Positions 60,156-64,000 of a stretch of DNA of 64,000 nucleotides are shown here, piece by piece. The stretch covers positions 1-64,000 of the IMG/VR virus record IMGVR_UViG_3300009079_000019. One strand, given 5' to 3'. Every line of letters begins with the position of its first letter. The stretch's first letter is position 1. The DNA comes from an uncultured virus (IMG/VR IMGVR_UViG_3300009079_000019) (taxonomy: Duplodnaviria > Heunggongvirae > Uroviricota > Caudoviricetes). The notes beneath the pieces were generated by a model, which was given only the letters and a program-made list of their open reading frames with translations, ran no database searches and was not told the DNA's origin. Position numbers and translations under genes: made by a program.

Positions 60156-60832
60156 TTCTTATTCCTCAACTTTGATTTGATTTTTGTGAGTGCGTCATTA
60201 TATCCATCTACAAGTAATTCAGTATCTACATTTTGAGAACCAGCAGCTGATTGAAAATCGGGCAACCATTTTTCAATATTATTCAAAATATCTTCAAGTA
60301 ATCCACCTGCTATAATACTATTATAATCTACCATACATTTACAAATAAGTTCTTCAAGAGTTTTACCTAACTCAAACTTCAAGAACTTGGGTTCATCAAA
60401 CACTCCATCTTTCTTTGCTTTCCTCATAGCATTACGAAGTCCAGCATCAACTTGCTCTGGTGTTTGTGGAGTTAGGTAATCTTCCACACTCTCATCTGGA
60501 TGCTCCTTACACCATTTCACACTCTCACGAACAATATCCCCCCATTTTTGTTCTTTTTTGGGTTCTTTTACTACAACTTGTTCCTGATAAAGTTTCTCCA
60601 ACTTTCTTTCAGTTTCGTCTTCTACAAGATAAAAAACTTCACCATCTGTATCAGTTTTATACCAACCACCACAAATACCATCATAAAGATTGCGATAATA
60701 AGTTTCTCCATTATATGAGACGATAGAAAACTCACCTGATTTTTCAAGGGTCATTTGAGTTTCTTCAAGTTTTTGTAGTTTCATTTGAAGGAGAGCAATA
60801 TCTTCTTTGAGTTGTTGAATGGTTTCAGTCAT
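60152..60832 (-). CDS. Hypothetical multi-module protein
   Basis: Start MTETIQQL. Confidence 0.7.
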   Translation of the reverse strand: MTETIQQLKEDIALLQMKLQKLEETQMTLEKSGEFSIVSYNGETYYRNLYDGICGGWYKTDTDGEVFYLVEDETERKLEKLYQEQVVVKEPKKEQKWGDIVRESVKWCKEHPDESVEDYLTPQTPEQVDAGLRNAMRKAKKDGVFDEPKFLKFELGKTLEELICKCMVDYNSIIAGGLLEDILNNIEKWLPDFQSAAGSQNVDTELLVDGYNDALTKIKSKLRNKK

Positions 60833-61076
60833 TTTCAGGTTCTTGTGAAGTTGGTTCATACTCTCCTACCTTATAATCTTTTTGTGCTCTCGCATATCCT
60901 TTTTCAAAGATATCCCAAGCAGAACCATATTTATCATCAAGTTTATCAGGATACCTACAATAAACTCTTTTGAATGCCTCTTCTGCTGGTGATTTGTGCT
61001 TCTCCATTTCTTTGAGAAGTTCTAATTTTGCTTGAAGGACTTTTATTTCTCCCTCTGTTTTTTCAATTTCGTTCAT
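60825..61076 (-). CDS. Hypothetical protein
   Basis: Coupled ORF. Confidence 0.65.
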   Translation of the reverse strand: MNEIEKTEGEIKVLQAKLELLKEMEKHKSPAEEAFKRVYCRYPDKLDDKYGSAWDIFEKGYARAQKDYKVGEYEPTSQEPEND

Positions 61077-61296
61077 TTTCTTTCATACAAGGGTATTCAA
61101 ACTTTTCACCGATTTGTTCTAATAGAGTGCGGGCAAAGAGGATTTCACCATAATCAGCACCATCCTCAAAGGCATCATCACTATTTTCGGGGAGATAATA
61201 GTAATCTCCACCACCTTTACCATCATAGCAGTGTTTTTGTTCTGCGTATGTTTTGAGAACTCCAAGAAGAAGAGTGAGTTTTTCTTCGTTAATCAT
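61063..61296 (-). CDS. Hypothetical protein
   Basis: Coupled ORF. Confidence 0.6.
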   Translation of the reverse strand: MINEEKLTLLLGVLKTYAEQKHCYDGKGGGDYYYLPENSDDAFEDGADYGEILFARTLLEQIGEKFEYPCMKENERN

Positions 61297-61474
61297 TTTC
61301 CGTTCCTCCATAATACTTTTGTGCGTTGTAAGTATTCCACATTACAATCTTCTCAAAACATTCTCCCAAACTATAACAGTATCCAACATATTCATCAATA
61401 TGTTCAGGGCCAGTATAGAGTTCCCACCGATAATCACCAGTTCCACTGATGTCTTGTGTGATTTCAATTCTCAT
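61289..61474 (-). CDS. Hypothetical protein
   Basis: Coupled ORF. Confidence 0.6.
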   Translation of the reverse strand: MRIEITQDISGTGDYRWELYTGPEHIDEYVGYCYSLGECFEKIVMWNTYNAQKYYGGTEND

Positions 61475-61709
61475 TTACTTCCTTCTCCATTTTAGCACAT
61501 CGTCCCATCATAAAACCGGAATAAAAACTCGCATATATCCATTTTCTCATTAGGTCTTCACGGGTCTTTGGGTCTTCAACGGCACAATCTCCATAAAAGT
61601 ATTCGTTTTTGAAAGAATAGTCAGTATGATTGGAATAAAACCATTCGTTGAAGAATGTTTCAATCTCATCAACAAACTCCCAGTCATTTATAGGGTAGTT
61701 TTTAGTCAT
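61464..61709 (-). CDS. Hypothetical protein (paralog of 50358-50606)
   Basis: Shared FYGD motif. Confidence 0.65.
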   Translation of the reverse strand: MTKNYPINDWEFVDEIETFFNEWFYSNHTDYSFKNEYFYGDCAVEDPKTREDLMRKWIYASFYSGFMMGRCAKMEKEVNEN

Positions 61710-61987
61710 CGTAGTTTATCCTTGAGTGTTTTGATTGCGTCATTCCAACCAGCATTATACTCTGGTAGTCCAACACCTTTTTTATATTCAGGAATATTCT
61801 CCCTAATCAAATCCAGTACTCTAATAGTAATACCGTCTGTATCAACCCATTCAATAAGATTATCGTCTAGCAATCCATAGAGTTTATCATAAAAACTTTG
61901 AGGTTCTATGATACGTTGATACCTAACCCCCATAATGGTTACGGTGTCTCCTTCTATGAGAATTTTTGAGATGTCGGTTTCAGGCAT
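61706..61987 (-). CDS. Hypothetical protein
   Basis: YNAGWNDAI. Confidence 0.65.
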   Translation of the reverse strand: MPETDISKILIEGDTVTIMGVRYQRIIEPQSFYDKLYGLLDDNLIEWVDTDGITIRVLDLIRENIPEYKKGVGLPEYNAGWNDAIKTLKDKLR

Positions 61988-62169
61988 AGTTTTACGGGTT
62001 GTTGAGGGTCTTGTGTCCAAAGTTGTTTATATGTAATCCATTTTTCTACACTAGTTTCCTGTTGTGCCGTCCAGTGGTTCCCATACTCATCAATCGCATC
62101 CAAATAATGAATACCTGTCTTGGGGCAGATTACTCTGGATACTTGTGTGAATTTTAGTCGTTCAGTCAT
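61954..62169 (-). CDS. Hypothetical protein
   Basis: ICPKTGIHYLDAIDE. Confidence 0.6.
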   Translation of the reverse strand: MTERLKFTQVSRVICPKTGIHYLDAIDEYGNHWTAQQETSVEKWITYKQLWTQDPQQPVKLCLKPTSQKFS

Positions 62170-62344
62170 ATCCCTCAACACCCATATCATACTGTGGTTT
62201 TGGTTGTCCTGCCATATTATAGCACCAATCACAAAACTCCATAGTTTCAATCATATCCGCATTCCAATTACAACACTCCACAGCAGTATGAAGAGTTGAT
62301 AGAAACTCTGGTGTGAGAAGTTCTTTGAGTTCTTGTTTTTTCAT
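62162..62344 (-). CDS. Hypothetical protein
   Basis: Coupled ORF. Confidence 0.6.
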   Translation of the reverse strand: MKKQELKELLTPEFLSTLHTAVECCNWNADMIETMEFCDWCYNMAGQPKPQYDMGVEGYD

Positions 62345-62574
62345 CAGTTCAACTCCATTTCAATACGATTGATTGCTGTTTGGTTTGCTTGAGGATTAGG
62401 AACATTTGAGAGTAGGTGAATGATTTCATAAAGTGTATCTCTACGAATTTGTTGAGCAAAATAAATGATTTCTTGAGCAGTTCCACTATATTCTACCCAA
62501 GTTTTTCCATCCTCTTCTGCTTCCCATTCTTCAAGGAACTCATCAGCAACTTCCAGGATTTGTTCTTTAGTCAT
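62344..62574 (-). CDS. Hypothetical protein
   Basis: Coupled ORF. Confidence 0.6.
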   Translation of the reverse strand: MTKEQILEVADEFLEEWEAEEDGKTWVEYSGTAQEIIYFAQQIRRDTLYEIIHLLSNVPNPQANQTAINRIEMELN

Positions 62575-62744
62575 TTCGGCACACAGAAATAAGAATAATT
62601 ACCAGCAATCATACCAGAAACCCACTTTCCACCTTCTTTCAAACATTCTGTTTTCTCATAATTCACAACAAATCCGTTAAGGATTGCGAAAAGTAGAAGT
62701 ATTCCAAGAATAATAAAAAGTATTGTGAGTTCTTCTTTATCCAT
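62571..62744 (-). CDS. Small membrane protein
   Basis: N-terminal TM segment. Confidence 0.6.
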   Translation of the reverse strand: MDKEELTILFIILGILLLFAILNGFVVNYEKTECLKEGGKWVSGMIAGNYSYFCVPK

Positions 62745-62916
62745 TATCTTCATCCTCCACAGGAAACATAGATTCATACTCTTCATCAGTCAGTGTGAGA
62801 TACTGAACATCAGCATCTTGGTGTTCTTCGGCATACACCAGTTGATAGTGAGCAAAATCACTCAAACTGGTGCTACCATATTCTACAAGACCATCAACAA
62901 GGCAGAGGTAGTTCAT
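62737..62916 (-). CDS. Hypothetical protein
   Basis: MNYLCLVDG. Confidence 0.6.
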   Translation of the reverse strand: MNYLCLVDGLVEYGSTSLSDFAHYQLVYAEEHQDADVQYLTLTDEEYESMFPVEDEDNG

Positions 62917-63244
62917 TTCAGGTGTTCTCCTTAAACCATTCATCACCATAGATTTCAAGGATTTGTTGAGTGAGTTCTTCCTCACTCAAATCCTTATAGT
63001 CATTCACCAAATACTCATAAAGCATTTCTTCTTTGATTTGTTGAGACATACTATCCATAATGAAATTCACATAATCATCAACGAGTTTGGTAGTCATTCT
63101 AATACATCAATAAGTTTGTTAAACATCCAAGAGATTATGAGTGCCTGTCCCCAAGTAAGAGGAAAGAAAGACACAAGTGCCCAACCCATCAATCCCACAA
63201 AAATATAAAATCCAATTGTTTCACCAATCTCGTGTTTAGTCATT

Positions 63245-63466
63245 TCAGTTCACCTTGAAGAGTTTGTAGATGGCATCAGCAACAGCAAGTGCTTCTACAT
63301 TTCCCATACAAATATGTTGAATTCGTTTATCTCCTTTTTCTTTATCAAACTGCCAATAAGAAATGGTGCATCCATCGCATCCCACATCAATATGAGTGTC
63401 TTCTACCGTATACCAATAATCTCCGTATTCTTGAATACGAACTTGGTTTGTGATTTCAATAGTCAT
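63245..63466 (-). CDS. Hypothetical protein
   Basis: First ORF after a repeat. Confidence 0.65.
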   Translation of the reverse strand: MTIEITNQVRIQEYGDYWYTVEDTHIDVGCDGCTISYWQFDKEKGDKRIQHICMGNVEALAVADAIYKLFKVN

Positions 63467-63638
63467 TTGGAGTTTGTCTTGTGTATGAATGTATTATAGG
63501 GCATCTGGTGCCCCTGTGGAGGGTGTCTGTGCCAGTTTCTCAAGTGTCCTCTGTTCCTCAAGGATTGTTTCAAAAATCATGCTAGTGTAGGTTTCTGTTG
63601 CTCCCCAGTGTCTTGCTAATCTTATAATGTCTTTATCT

Positions 63639-63896
63639 TTATAAGTCATCCACATAAACCTCAAAGATAATTTTATTAGGCATAATACTCATTACATCCC
63701 TTTCCATACTCATACTCGCAACCTGTGCTTTTCCTTGTTGGATTTTATCTGCTACTTGTTGAAAAGATACTTTCAAGTCATCACGGTCATAACATTTTGC
63801 GAGTTTTCGTGGTTTTGGTTTCTCTACTGGTTTTGGAGGCTCTGGTGGTTTTGGATTGTGAATTTCATTATATTTTTCAATTAGTGGATTAGTCAT
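63639..63896 (-). CDS. Hypothetical protein
   Basis: Pro-rich linker. Confidence 0.6.
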   Translation of the reverse strand: MTNPLIEKYNEIHNPKPPEPPKPVEKPKPRKLAKCYDRDDLKVSFQQVADKIQQGKAQVASMSMERDVMSIMPNKIIFEVYVDDL

Positions 63897-64000
63897 TTCT
63901 CACACCGATGTAATGGAATACGAAGAAACTGAAAGAACCTTCCAGTCCATCCTATCATATCCCCGCATTTAGGACAACAATACGATGGGTAGGTCATTTC

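Larger units (their letters stand above)
40613..63551 (-). repeat. Dispersed promoter/cassette module: TGTGMCA-N10-TGKCACA + 29-31 nt hairpin spacer + -10 box (~23 copies)
   Basis: Palindromes start at 40649, 41217, 41489, 41767, 42003, 43632, 44036, 44328, 45714, 46838, 47100, 47383, 48027, 48250, 48563, 48847, 52904, 54808, 56022, 57012, 59937 and 63528; internally deleted copy at 56593. Confidence 0.9.

Overview
A 64-kb segment of a T4-like (Kyanoviridae-type, probably freshwater) cyanomyovirus, with almost all genes on the minus strand. Bases 1-36.4 kb are the AT-rich late structural module: gp19 (partial), gp18, gp17, probable internal head proteins, gp16, gp15, gp14, gp13, a 2456-aa virion protein, gp8, a 4046-aa gp7, gp6 and gp25, with TATAAATA late promoters. 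gp17 carries a class 3 LAGLIDADG intein, and a hidden NblA-like ORF lies in this module. Bases 36.4-38.6 kb hold speD, a PRTase-like gene, a glycosyltransferase and an AbrB-like gene. Bases 38.7-64 kb are a hypervariable early region of about 80 small ORFs, organised by a repeated module: a 24-bp palindrome TGTG(C/A)CA-N10-TG(G/T)CACA, a 29-31 bp GC hairpin spacer and a -10 box (about 23 copies). The upstream gene's stop codon often falls inside the palindrome, which suggests a gene-cassette array. This region also contains a MutH/Sau3AI-like nuclease next to a ligase-like protein, an ArdA-like protein, a pentapeptide-repeat protein and three homing endonucleases. It further holds an ORF-free structured RNA candidate behind a late promoter, an H-type pseudoknot, and a helically phased 12-bp palindrome array over divergent promoters (origin or switch candidate). 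All assignments come from reading motifs by eye; no searches or folding programs were run.
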